Shown in pieces: positions 45,083 to 52,910 of a stretch of DNA of 64,000 bases. Below the pieces are notes generated by a model. The model made no database searches, was not told where the DNA came from, and was given only the letters and a program-made list of their open reading frames with translations. Both the position numbers and the translations under genes were made by a program. The stretch is from positions 5,705 to 69,704 of the forward strand of contig JAGCXA010000044.1 in the NCBI GenBank assembly GCA_017961575.1. The letters run 5' to 3'. This DNA comes from Clostridia bacterium (GTDB taxonomy: Bacteria > Bacillota > Clostridia > Oscillospirales > CAG-272). Numbering within the stretch: the first letter of the stretch is position 1; each line of letters begins with the position of its first letter.

Positions 45083-47242
45083 TTATTTGAGGTAGAGGTG
45101 TGCGAGAATCGGGATGTGGTCGGCAGGATAGGTACTGTCCGTGTCGATGGGATTGTTGACGACGGTGTAGTACGCCGTCCCGAAACTGCCTTTCGTCAGG
45201 ATATAGTCGAAGATCCATTGCGGACGGGTCGTGCGGTTCTGTTCCGCGAGCGTTCCGCCGACGTCGCCCTTGATCTTCGCCTCCGTCCGCGACATTTTGA
45301 AGCCGCCGTCGGTGAAGACTCTCATATTGACCGCGCCCTGTCCCGATCCCTTGTAGTGCGAGTTCATATCGCCGAGAACGATCTGGTCGGGATAGTTCGC
45401 CTTCTGCGTTTCCAGCCAGGCGAGCAGGGTACGGATCTCGTAGCGGCGCACCTTGTCGTCCTCTTCGTGCCCGCTTCCGGTACCGCCGTAGTGCAGATGG
45501 GTGTTGACGACCAGAATTTTTCTCCCGGAGCTCTTCGATTGCAGAACGGCGTAGTGGAAGATCCGGTCGACATTGTCGAGCTTGTTGTTGGCGCTTTCGG
45601 TGTTCGCGACGCCGAGGAGCGTCGCCGCGGTCTTAAACGAGAGCGTTCCCTCGGTTTTCAGGGTGAACTTGGAGGTCTTGAAGAAGATCTCGTTTTTCTC
45701 GAAATCATGCGCGCAGTAATTTCCCGTCAGCCGGGTGTATCCGCCTTCGGTCGCCAGTGAGGCAAGATAGGAGTCCCATCCGTTCTCTCCTTTTTGGTTG
45801 ACTTCCTGGAAGCCGATGACGTCGGGCAGAACGGACAAAACGGTCTCGGTCACCTTCTCGGGATTCCTGCCTTCCCAGCCCTTCCCGCCTTTCGGGCTGT
45901 CGTAGACCGCGATATTATAGCTCATCACGGTGAAGGCGTCGACGTAGCAGAACTGCGACAACTGCTCGCGCTCTGCCGGCGTGTAGGGGCTGTACTTGGT
46001 CTTGTCAAAGGCGCACAGCGTGTACTGATACTTGCTCGTCTTCGAACTGTTGAGATCGTAAAGTTCGATCTCCGCCAAGTCCGCGAGAGAACGCGAGTCG
46101 CTTGCCTGCGAATAGGCGGAATAGCGAAGGATCCGCCCGTCGAGTTCCACGTAGGTCGCAAACGAGTACGCCCGACCGTAATCGGCTTCCGCGATCGGCA
46201 GAACGTGTGCGACGCGATAGGTATTGTCGGAGGCGTTCAGCGTGACGGAAAGTTCCTCTTTCACGTATTTCGGCTCGGCGACGGCGGCGCAGTTATCGAG
46301 CGCCTCGACCGTGAAGGCGAGTCGGTTTTTCGTCAGGTTCTCGGTCGGCGTGAAGAGCATCCCGACCTTGACGCGGTCGGCGCCGTAGGTCGCGTAGAGC
46401 AGGTCGAGGTACCGTCGGCTGATCTGACCGAGGAATCGCATCCCCGTCGGGGACGAGAGCGAGACCGTCGCACCGCTGACCGTTCTGACCGGCGCCGCTT
46501 CGAGCGTGCAGAAACCGAGCAGCTGTTCGCGCTGCGCCGGCGTGTAGGCGCTGTATTTCGTTTGACCGTAGATCCGCACGGCGTTTCGGTACGCGCCCGT
46601 CTCCGTGTCGGAGAGGTCGAACAACATTTCCTCCGCCGCGTTCTTTACCGACCGCGCGTTGTTCGCTTCCGCGTAGACGGCGTAGCGGAGAATGAAGCCG
46701 TCCGCTTCCACGAAGGCGACGGCGGAAAACGTCTTCCCGTAGTCCGCCTCCGCAATATCGGGCAGAACGCAGCGGAAAGTGAACTCGTCGCTTTCCCGGA
46801 GCAGACTCTCGGCTGTGACCCTGACGTACTTCTGCCCGGTCACGGCGTCGCAGCGATCGAGCGCCCGCGCCGTGAAGGGGATCTGGTTCGCCGTCAGGTT
46901 CTCGGTCGCCGTGAAGAGCATCCCGACCTTGACGCGGTCGGCGCCGTACGCGGCGTACAGAGCGTTGAGGTACTGCCGGTTGACGTGTCCCGTGAACTGC
47001 AATCCCGTCGAGGGGACCGTCGTGACCGTCGCGCCGCTCTCCGTCCGGATCGGCGCCGCGGCGTCGTATCCCGCGGGTTCGGTCACCGCCGCGGGAGCGG
47101 CGGCGGTCGTTTCGGGCGCGGTCGCCTCGCCGGAGGGCGTTTCCCCGCCCGCCGTGAGTTCACAGCCCGCGAACACACCTATCATCAGAAGGGCGAATAG
47201 CAAAACCGCTCCCAGGCGGACGCCCCATCGAATCGTTTTCAT
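45083..47242 (-). CDS. Lipoprotein of the endonuclease/exonuclease/phosphatase (EEP) family with two copies of an N-terminal ~170-aa repeat domain
   Basis: The 719-aa ORF has a signal peptide with a lipobox (LLMIGVFAGC). The repeat is internal (PIRTESGATV…YGADRVKVGMLFTATENLT… and PVRTVSGATV…YGADRVKVGMLFTPTENLT…). The C-terminal EEP domain reads …MSYNI…IGFQEVN…VVNTHLHYG…LGDMNS…PADHIP. Confidence 0.75.
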   Translation of the reverse strand: MKTIRWGVRLGAVLLFALLMIGVFAGCELTAGGETPSGEATAPETTAAAPAAVTEPAGYDAAAPIRTESGATVTTVPSTGLQFTGHVNRQYLNALYAAYGADRVKVGMLFTATENLTANQIPFTARALDRCDAVTGQKYVRVTAESLLRESDEFTFRCVLPDIAEADYGKTFSAVAFVEADGFILRYAVYAEANNARSVKNAAEEMLFDLSDTETGAYRNAVRIYGQTKYSAYTPAQREQLLGFCTLEAAPVRTVSGATVSLSSPTGMRFLGQISRRYLDLLYATYGADRVKVGMLFTPTENLTKNRLAFTVEALDNCAAVAEPKYVKEELSVTLNASDNTYRVAHVLPIAEADYGRAYSFATYVELDGRILRYSAYSQASDSRSLADLAEIELYDLNSSKTSKYQYTLCAFDKTKYSPYTPAEREQLSQFCYVDAFTVMSYNIAVYDSPKGGKGWEGRNPEKVTETVLSVLPDVIGFQEVNQKGENGWDSYLASLATEGGYTRLTGNYCAHDFEKNEIFFKTSKFTLKTEGTLSFKTAATLLGVANTESANNKLDNVDRIFHYAVLQSKSSGRKILVVNTHLHYGGTGSGHEEDDKVRRYEIRTLLAWLETQKANYPDQIVLGDMNSHYKGSGQGAVNMRVFTDGGFKMSRTEAKIKGDVGGTLAEQNRTTRPQWIFDYILTKGSFGTAYYTVVNNPIDTDSTYPADHIPILAHLYLK

Positions 47243-47275
47243 CTGTTCTCCTTCCCGTCGTGCGATCGGATCCGA

Positions 47276-48877
47276 TTATTGCAGGAAATAGATCTCCGCC
47301 ATGACCGGAATGTGGTCGGACGGATAGGAGTTGCCGACGTCGTTCGGGTTGTCGACGACGGTATAGTACCCTGCCCCGAGCGCCCCCTTCGTCAGAACGT
47401 GGTCGAAGACGTATTCCGAGCGGGTTTTGCGGTCGGAGACGGCGAGCGTTCCGCCGACGTCGCCCTTGACCTTCGCCGAGAGGGAAGTCATTGCGAATCC
47501 GCCGTTCAGGAACGTCGTCATCGTGCGCGTTCCGCCGTTGTTCGGGTTGTCGGCTTTGTAGTGCGCGTTCATATCGCCGAGAACGATCTGATCGGGATAC
47601 TCCTCCACCTGTAGCTGCAGCCACGCGAGCAGCGCGCTGATCTCGTAGCGGCGCACCTTGTCGTCCTCTTCGTGCCCGTTTCCGGTTCCGCCGTAGTGCA
47701 GATGCGTATCGACCACCAGGACTTTTCTTCCGGTGCCCTTCGTTTCCAGCTTCACGTAGTGGAAGGTCCGACCGTGACTGTCGATCGTGTTGTCCGCGCC
47801 CTCGGGGTTGGACAGTTTCAGGTTCGAGATCACCTGCTTGAAGGTGAACGTCCCTTCGGCGATCATGTTGAACTTATCGGTCTTGAAGAAGATCTCGTTC
47901 TTCTCGAAATTATCGGTGGTATAGCGCCCGGCAACGCGGGTGTAGCCGCCTTGGGCGGCAAGATCGGCGAGGTAGGAGTCCCAACCGATCGTCTCCTTCT
48001 GGTTGACTTCCTGGAAGCCCACGATGTCGGGTAAGGCGGTCTTGACGGTCTCCATCGCGACCAGGGGATTTCTGCCTTCCCAGCCCGCGCCGCCGCTCGG
48101 ACTGTCGTAGACCGCGAGGTTATAGCTCATCGCGGTGACGAAGGTGCAGAACCGCGGCAGCTGCGCGTACTCCGCCGCCGTGTAAGGGCTGTAAACCGTC
48201 TTGCCGTGCAGGGTCACGGCGTTCTGATACTTGTCGGCTTTCGTTTCGCTGACGTCGAGATACCGCTCCCCCGCAAGGCCGGACAGCGAACGGACGTTGT
48301 CGGCGTCCGAGTAGGCGGAATAGCGCAGGATCTTTCCGTCGACCGCCACGTAGGCGACGGCGGAGTAGAGCCGACCGTAGTTCGTCCGCGTGACTTCAAG
48401 CGTGCCGTTGATGCGGTAGACGTTGCCCGAGGCGTCAAGTGCGGGCGCCGACTCGACCTTCACGTATTTCTGTCCGGTCACGGCGGCGCAGGCGTCGAGC
48501 GCCTCGGCGGTGAACGCGATCCCGTTTTTCGTCAGGTTCTCGGTCGCCGTGAAGAGCAGACCGGTTTTGACGTGATCGGCGCCGTACGCCGCGATCAAGG
48601 CGTCGAGATAACCCTTGTCGACCGACCCCGTGTACTTCAACCCGACGGGAGCGGCGAGCGACAGCGTCGCGCCGCCGTCGATTCTGACCGGCGACTCGGC
48701 TCCGTCATATCCGGAGGGCTCGGTCGCCGCCGGGGCCGTCGCCTCGGTCGACGCCGCGGGCTCCTTCACGCAACCCGCGCACGCGAGAACCAAAAGCAGG
48801 ACGAAAAGCAATGTCGCCCCGCATCGAATAGCCCAACGTTTCTTTTCCGTCTTCATTTCGTTTTTGCTCCGTTTCAT
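47276..48877 (-). CDS. Lipoprotein of the EEP family, paralogue with a single copy of the N-terminal repeat domain
   Basis: The 533-aa ORF has the lipobox LVLACAGC, one repeat (PVRIDGGATL…YGADHVKTGLLFTATENLT…) and an EEP domain (MSYNL…VGFQEVN…VVDTHLHYG…LGDMNA…PSDHIP). Confidence 0.75.
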   Translation of the reverse strand: MKRSKNEMKTEKKRWAIRCGATLLFVLLLVLACAGCVKEPAASTEATAPAATEPSGYDGAESPVRIDGGATLSLAAPVGLKYTGSVDKGYLDALIAAYGADHVKTGLLFTATENLTKNGIAFTAEALDACAAVTGQKYVKVESAPALDASGNVYRINGTLEVTRTNYGRLYSAVAYVAVDGKILRYSAYSDADNVRSLSGLAGERYLDVSETKADKYQNAVTLHGKTVYSPYTAAEYAQLPRFCTFVTAMSYNLAVYDSPSGGAGWEGRNPLVAMETVKTALPDIVGFQEVNQKETIGWDSYLADLAAQGGYTRVAGRYTTDNFEKNEIFFKTDKFNMIAEGTFTFKQVISNLKLSNPEGADNTIDSHGRTFHYVKLETKGTGRKVLVVDTHLHYGGTGNGHEEDDKVRRYEISALLAWLQLQVEEYPDQIVLGDMNAHYKADNPNNGGTRTMTTFLNGGFAMTSLSAKVKGDVGGTLAVSDRKTRSEYVFDHVLTKGALGAGYYTVVDNPNDVGNSYPSDHIPVMAEIYFLQ

Positions 48878-49324
48878 CTTTTGCCGCAGCCGTTGCGCGG
48901 CTTGTTTTTATTATAACAAATTCCTCGCAAAAAAGCAAGTAGGCGCCGCCTGATCCGCAAGAGATTCCGCAAAAAAATCCTCCAAAAGATCCGCAAGAAA
49001 ACCCGCCCCTCGCGCATCCCCCAAACGGCGAGAGACGAAAACACCGCGGTTTCAAGATTCCGTTGGAAATATGTCGCAGGTCATTGAAAAGCGAATCTTA
49101 ATGCGACTGCAAGAAACGTTTTAGACGGGGATGAAGTATTATTTAAACCTGCCTATCCCAATCGCGAGGGAGGACCGTTTTCGAGCGTGAGAAGACGGTG
49201 AGAAGGGAAGAGAGACGCCGTGTGACCCCCGTTTTTACGAGGATTTCGCCAAAGGCGAAATCCTCCCGCTTGCCGCCGGTGAGCACCCCCCGACGGCTGC
49301 GCGGGTAATGCGCCCCCGGCGCCA

Positions 49325-49372
49325 AATAAAAGGAGCAGGGCGAACGCCGATTCTCGGCGTTCGCCCTGCTCC
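49325..49372 (-). terminator. Strong intrinsic terminator of the candidate sRNA
   Basis: A perfect 19-bp stem (49332-49350 / 49354-49372) has a 3-nt loop. On the minus strand it is followed by TTTTATTT. Confidence 0.75.
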
Positions 49373-49611
49373 CTTCGTCCTTTTTCCTTCGGTCAGCTTC
49401 CTTCGGTTAGCTTTCGCCGCCCTGCTTTCGTTGCCCCATTTCCTTCGTCTTGCTTCCTTTGGTCGTTTTCCCGTCCTTTTATCCCGCCGGTTTTTCGGAA
49501 AACCGTCCCCGGTTCGATCCCCGAACGGTGAGCCGTATCGACTCTAAATCGAGACACGCTTTTTCCAGTAAAATCAACGCCTTCCGGGTTTTGAGATCCT
49601 CCTCCGGATTT
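49325..49611 (-). ncRNA. Candidate ~285-nt small non-coding RNA, purine/GGA-rich, class unknown
   Basis: The interval is delimited by a near-consensus promoter and a 19-bp-stem intrinsic terminator on the minus strand. It holds no credible ORF or SD+start. It is rich in CGAAGGA(A) motifs, including two tandem 14-nt repeats (plus-strand coordinates 49384-49411). Confidence 0.5.
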
Positions 49612-49617
49612 GCTATT

Positions 49618-49646
49618 ATTATACCACAAAAACCGCTAAGAGTCAA
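49618..49646 (-). promoter_or_regulatory. Near-consensus sigma-A-type promoter driving the candidate sRNA
   Basis: On the minus strand, TTGACT (49646-49641) is followed by a 17-nt spacer and TGgTATAAT (the -10 at 49623-49618). Confidence 0.6.
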
Positions 49647-49741
49647 GATTGACATTCTGATGAACTTAATTGTTTTTAACTTTTCCTTTTTTCCAAACGG
49701 GGTATAAAAAGGGGTATAATAAAAGACAATGACCGCGATAT

Positions 49742-49845
49742 TATACCCGAACGGGTATATTTCACGTTTGGATGCTCTGAATTATACCTTAACGGGTATA
49801 AAATTTTAAAAAAGCATTGACATTATACCCGATAGGGTATATAAT
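49742..49845 (+). promoter_or_regulatory. hipB promoter with three phased palindromic operators
   Basis: Three operators of the form TATACCC-N4-GGGTATA lie at 49742-49759, 49783-49800 (one mismatch) and 49824-49841, with 41-bp centre-to-centre spacing. TTGACA (49817-49822), a 17-nt spacer and TATAAT (49840-49845) form the promoter, and the third operator fills the spacer. Confidence 0.7.
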
Positions 49846-49879
49846 TGTCATAGAAAACAACGATCGGGAGATATTGATT

Positions 49880-50083
49880 ATGAACCGAATTGCAGAATAC
49901 GTAAAGAAACACAGAAAAGAAGCCGGGCTCACACAGGAAGAATTCGCTATGCGTTCGGGGTTGGGACTTCGTTTTGTCCGCGATCTCGAGCAGGGCAAAG
50001 AAACGCTTCGTATGGATAAAGTCAACGTTGCGCTTGAAATGTTCGGCGCCGTCGCTGTTCCGGGCAGAAAGGATGATCAATGA
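49880..50083 (+). CDS. hipB: XRE-family HTH protein, HipB-like component of a tripartite HipBST-type toxin-antitoxin
   Basis: The 67-aa product begins MNRIAEYVKKHRKEAGLTQEEFAMRSGLGLRFVRDLEQGKETLRMDKV. The ATG at 49880 follows GGGAG and lies downstream of the predicted promoter. The listed start at 49817 coincides with the -35 hexamer. It forms an ATGA overlap with the next gene. Confidence 0.8.
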   Translation: MNRIAEYVKKHRKEAGLTQEEFAMRSGLGLRFVRDLEQGKETLRMDKVNVALEMFGAVAVPGRKDDQ

Positions 50084-50412
50084 TGGAAGCGTTCAGAAAA
50101 GCGTACGTCTACGTGAGAAACGTCTTTGCCGGGATCCTTTCGGAAACCGATTCCGGTTATCGTTTCACGTACGATAATGAGTATTTGAAATCAGAAAACA
50201 CTACGCCCGTATCACTCACACTTCCGCTCGTCGACACCCCGTACGAATCGAAAACTTTATTTCCGTTTTTCGACGGATTGATTCCGGAAGGGTGGCTGCT
50301 GGGCGTCGTCACCCGAAACTGGAAGATCGACGTGAAAGATCGTTTCGGATTGTTGCTTATCGCTTGCAAAGACGGGATCGGCAACGTGACCGTTGCGGAG
50401 GAAAAGAAATGA
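50080..50412 (+). CDS. hipS: HipA N-terminal-subdomain protein (HipS-like)
   Basis: The 110-aa ORF contains …VFAGILSETDSGYRFTYDNEYL…PVSLTLPL…FPFFDGLIPEGW…, the HipA N-terminal 'couple' domain encoded as a separate gene. It has ATGA overlaps on both sides. Confidence 0.75.
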   Translation: MMEAFRKAYVYVRNVFAGILSETDSGYRFTYDNEYLKSENTTPVSLTLPLVDTPYESKTLFPFFDGLIPEGWLLGVVTRNWKIDVKDRFGLLLIACKDGIGNVTVAEEKK

Positions 50413-51359
50413 TTTGTTATTGCTGTGGGAAACCGCTTGATGATCACAACGAAAACGGTTGGCATCCGGCGTGCGTCAAACGCTTTTTCGGGACCTCCGT
50501 ACTCCCTCGGATTGAGATTGATGAAGACACTTTGGAAAAGCTTGCAAGCGAGTATACGAGGAAGGGCATAACCGTTCCGGGCGTTCAGAAAAAACTGTCG
50601 CTGCATTTGCACTCGGGCAGTGCAGGCTCACGTTTGACGCTTGTCAATTATCCTACCGGCTATATTCTCAAACCGCAGGTTTCGGATTATGAATCTCTGC
50701 CTGAGGCGGAACAATTGGTAATGACGATGGCGGATCATACCGGCATCGTCACCGTTCCTCACGCGCTGATAAAGAACGGGGATTCTTTTGCATATATCAC
50801 AAAGCGTGTCGACCGGATCTTTGGAAAAACAGGCGTTGAGATGCTTGCAATGGAAGATTTCTGCCAGTTGGATCTTCGTTTGACGCAAGACAAATATCGG
50901 GGTTCATACGAACGTTGCGCGAAAATAATTACGACCTATTCTTCACAACCGAAATTGGATCTGACGGAACTTTTTATGCGAATCGTGTTCTCGTACATCG
51001 TGGGGAATTCGGATATGCACTTGAAAAACTTTTCGTTACTTGAAACCAAAGAAGCAAGCGGCAACTATACGTTGTCTCCGGCATACGATCTGCTACCGGT
51101 CAACCTCATTATGCCGGAAGACAAAGAAGAATTCGCTCTGACGCTGAATGGAAAGAAGAACAATATTCGAAAGAAAGACTTTTTCCTATTCGCGGAAAAG
51201 TGCGGACTGCAAAAGCCGTCTGCTACCAAAATGATTGAGAAGATCGTATCTCTGAAGTCGCGTTATCTTGAAATGTGCGCCGAGTCTTTCATGCCGTCGC
51301 ACTTGAAGGAACGCTTTGCGGAGTTGATTGAGAAACGGTGCGCGGTGTTGCAGAAATAA
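50409..51359 (+). CDS. hipT: HipA-family serine/threonine kinase toxin core (HipT-like)
   Basis: The 316-aa product starts at the ATG at 50409 (MICYCCGKPL…WHPACVKRFFG). It has a P-loop-like segment VPGVQKKLSL and the catalytic region …VGNSDMHLKNFSLL…SPAYDLLP…. Confidence 0.8.
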   Translation: MICYCCGKPLDDHNENGWHPACVKRFFGTSVLPRIEIDEDTLEKLASEYTRKGITVPGVQKKLSLHLHSGSAGSRLTLVNYPTGYILKPQVSDYESLPEAEQLVMTMADHTGIVTVPHALIKNGDSFAYITKRVDRIFGKTGVEMLAMEDFCQLDLRLTQDKYRGSYERCAKIITTYSSQPKLDLTELFMRIVFSYIVGNSDMHLKNFSLLETKEASGNYTLSPAYDLLPVNLIMPEDKEEFALTLNGKKNNIRKKDFFLFAEKCGLQKPSATKMIEKIVSLKSRYLEMCAESFMPSHLKERFAELIEKRCAVLQK

Positions 51360-51640
51360 AAAGCAGAGAGTTATTATTGCTATTTGTTGTATCGTATGCT
51401 ACAATAATAACAGGAGAATCGTTAGGATGTGCCTTTTTTAGATTTCGTTATCTATCATGATTTGTCATTTATAACCAAAACGAAAACTGTTGGCTCTGAT
51501 TGATAATGTTGAGTTTTAGTTTTCAATAAACCGCGAGAAAACCAAAAACGCAATCCAATGCAATAAAGAGTTGCGTGTATCATTTTACTACTAGGGTAAT
51601 GAGCGCAGAAAAAAAGAATGCCTGCAAGGAGATTATTTAG

Positions 51641-52909
51641 ATGATTAATGTGTCAGTAACAGATATCGGCGATATTGGGATAGATGACAAATGGAACAAT
51701 TGTGATGAAAACGAACTGATTATGCACAGCATTCATGCATATCCCGCGAAGTTTCCTGCTTTTATTGCCAGAAAAGCATTTAGTTATGCCGAAGAAGAAG
51801 GCGTGAAGATAGAAAGTGTTGCGGACATTTTTTGTGGGTGTGGGACGGTTGCTTTGGAAGCAAAAATACACAACAAAAGTTTTTTGGGGTATGATATTAA
51901 TCCAGTTGCAACATTAATCGCGAAAACGAAAAGTAATAATTATATTTTGAAAGAATTGAAGTCGTATTTTAAGATAATCGAAAAGGAATATGAAGCTTAT
52001 GCTCCTGATCATAGCGTTTATGAAAGTGCAAACGAGCGTTTGAAGTATTGGTTCTCCATCAATAATTATATTGCACTGCTAAGAATAAAACACGCTATTG
52101 AAGTTGCAATTCCCCGTGGGAAATATAGAGATGCATTTTATTGTTTGTTTTCATCTATTCTGAAAGCATCTTCTCACTGGTTAACGAAGTCAATCAAGCC
52201 ACAAGTTGATCCCGAGAAACTAGATAAGAATCCGTGGCATTTATTTGCTGATCAGTATCAGAAATTCGAAAGAGCGGTTGAACAAATAAATAATTGCAAT
52301 CTTTTGAATCAAAGAATTAACATTTTCACTCAAAACTTTATCGCAAAGAAGTCATTTGAACCTGTAGATTTGATTATTTCCAGCCCACCATACGTTACGT
52401 CATATGAATACGCTGATCTTCATCAGCTTTCTTCGTTATGGCTAGACTATACTGATGATTATAAAACTCTAAGAAAAGGATCAATAGGAAGTGTATATAA
52501 TAGCGATGGATTCAATCTTCAACTTGAAGAATTGAATAATTGCGGTCAGAGAATTGTTCAGGAATTGCTTGGCGATAAGCAAACTCCATCATCAAAAGTG
52601 AAATCGGTTGCAAGGTATTATACGGACATGCAGCATACTATTCACAATTGCACCAAGATGCTACGCAAATCTGGCATGGCATTCTTCGTCGTCGGGGATA
52701 CAGAGTACAAAGGCGTAAAAATTCAAAATTCTGAGCATTTAATTGAATGTATGGTCAATGAGGGGTTCTCAGATATTAAAGCAGCAAAAAGAACCATCTC
52801 CAATAAACTATTGACTCCTTATAGAGACAACGCAGGGAAGTTTACATCAGATAAATCAAGCAGAACAATTTATCACGAAGAGTTTTTAATTAGTGGGAGG
52901 TTGTTTTAA
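51641..52909 (+). CDS. DNA (N6-adenine or N4-cytosine) methyltransferase with motif I upstream of motif IV
   Basis: The 422-aa ORF has the AdoMet motif I DIFCGCGTVALEA (aa ~62-74) and the catalytic motif IV IISSPPYV (aa ~235-242), with about 160 aa between them (alpha-class-like order). The RBS is AAGGAG. The next gene starts 2 nt after its stop. Confidence 0.75.
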   Translation: MINVSVTDIGDIGIDDKWNNCDENELIMHSIHAYPAKFPAFIARKAFSYAEEEGVKIESVADIFCGCGTVALEAKIHNKSFLGYDINPVATLIAKTKSNNYILKELKSYFKIIEKEYEAYAPDHSVYESANERLKYWFSINNYIALLRIKHAIEVAIPRGKYRDAFYCLFSSILKASSHWLTKSIKPQVDPEKLDKNPWHLFADQYQKFERAVEQINNCNLLNQRINIFTQNFIAKKSFEPVDLIISSPPYVTSYEYADLHQLSSLWLDYTDDYKTLRKGSIGSVYNSDGFNLQLEELNNCGQRIVQELLGDKQTPSSKVKSVARYYTDMQHTIHNCTKMLRKSGMAFFVVGDTEYKGVKIQNSEHLIECMVNEGFSDIKAAKRTISNKLLTPYRDNAGKFTSDKSSRTIYHEEFLISGRLF

Positions 52910-52910
52910 A

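Noticed and set aside
49239-49265. A perfect 12-bp-stem palindrome (gaggatttcgcc-aaa-ggcgaaatcctc) considered as a terminator.
   Set aside because: No U-run follows on either strand and no adjacent gene ends there. It may be a protein-binding site or a REP-like element, but there is no supporting evidence. It is kept only as a note.
49384-49470. Short tandem and degenerate repeats (ttccttcggtNagc and related units) considered as a possible CRISPR or minisatellite.
   Set aside because: There are only two clean 14-nt copies with no spacers, and the remaining units are degenerate. They lie inside the promoter-terminator-delimited RNA and are better explained as repeated motifs of that RNA. The similarity of CGAAGGAAGC to the SRP RNA GGAAGGAAGC loop was also considered, but the flanking helix cannot be formed.
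49505-49560. A tRNA/tmRNA-like T-loop string (ggttcgatcccc), plus a possible anticodon-like hairpin (tcga-ctctaaa-tcga) suggesting a tRNA attachment site at the island junction.
   Set aside because: The putative T-stem arms are not complementary (ccccgg versus ccccga). The arm order is wrong on either strand, and no acceptor stem or D-arm can be built. The resemblance is probably fortuitous, or at most a heavily decayed remnant. tRNAscan-SE or ARAGORN would settle it.
49393-49629. A 78-aa ORF on the minus strand inside the candidate sRNA.
   Set aside because: It starts with a TTG in the predicted promoter spacer just upstream of the -10 hexamer, so it lies upstream of the predicted transcription start. 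It has no SD. Its product is low-complexity and Gly/Lys/Arg/Glu-rich.
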